Shown piece after piece: positions 63,883-64,000 of a stretch of 64,000 nt of DNA. The DNA is taken from positions 64,854,001 through 64,918,000 of the forward strand of contig NC_045697.1 in assembly GCF_009834535.1 (NCBI RefSeq), read 5' to 3'. A program made the position numbers and the translations under genes. The stretch is from Camelus ferus (taxonomy: Eukaryota). Numbering within the stretch: the stretch's first letter is position 1; every line of letters begins with the position of its first letter. The notes below the pieces were generated by a model. The model was given only the letters and a program-made list of their open reading frames with translations, was not told the origin of the DNA and ran no database searches.

Positions 63883-64000
63883 TTCTTACACACATTTGTT
63901 CTCTTGAAAAAACATGAATAAATAGGACACTGTAGGCAAACGCTTTTGTTCCCAATGGCAGTTCTTTTCAGGGCAAGTTTTATAGGGAAATTAATAGTCA

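Noticed and set aside
1..64000. Naming the host gene
   Set aside because: No recognisable coding exon is present, so any gene symbol would be a guess.

Overview
This is AT-rich mammalian non-coding DNA (intron or intergenic), most likely from a camelid, judged from a vic-1-like tRNA-derived SINE at ~5.2 kb. I found no host protein-coding exon I can identify, no RNA genes, no CRISPR array and nothing prokaryotic. Most of the window is a layered record of transposable elements: old and young LINE-1 copies, ERV1/ERVL/MaLR solo LTRs, the hAT elements MER53 and MER20B, MIR/L2/CR1 relics and microsatellites. The only intact, recognisable ORF is an L1 ORF1 (57171-58070, minus strand, 299 aa). It lies in a ~3.06-kb L1 that keeps a CpG-rich 5'UTR and its 3' end but lacks almost all of ORF2, with a junction that resembles a splice product (a 'half-L1'-like structure). 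Other notable structures are two 5'-inverted (twin-primed) L1s with TSDs, a fold-back palindrome at an L1 5' junction, nested short insertions, local duplications and one candidate unannotated exon at ~32.8 kb. Family names come from recalled consensus sequences, not from a database search. I do not see solid evidence for a new biological system; the ORF1-only L1 is the best candidate.
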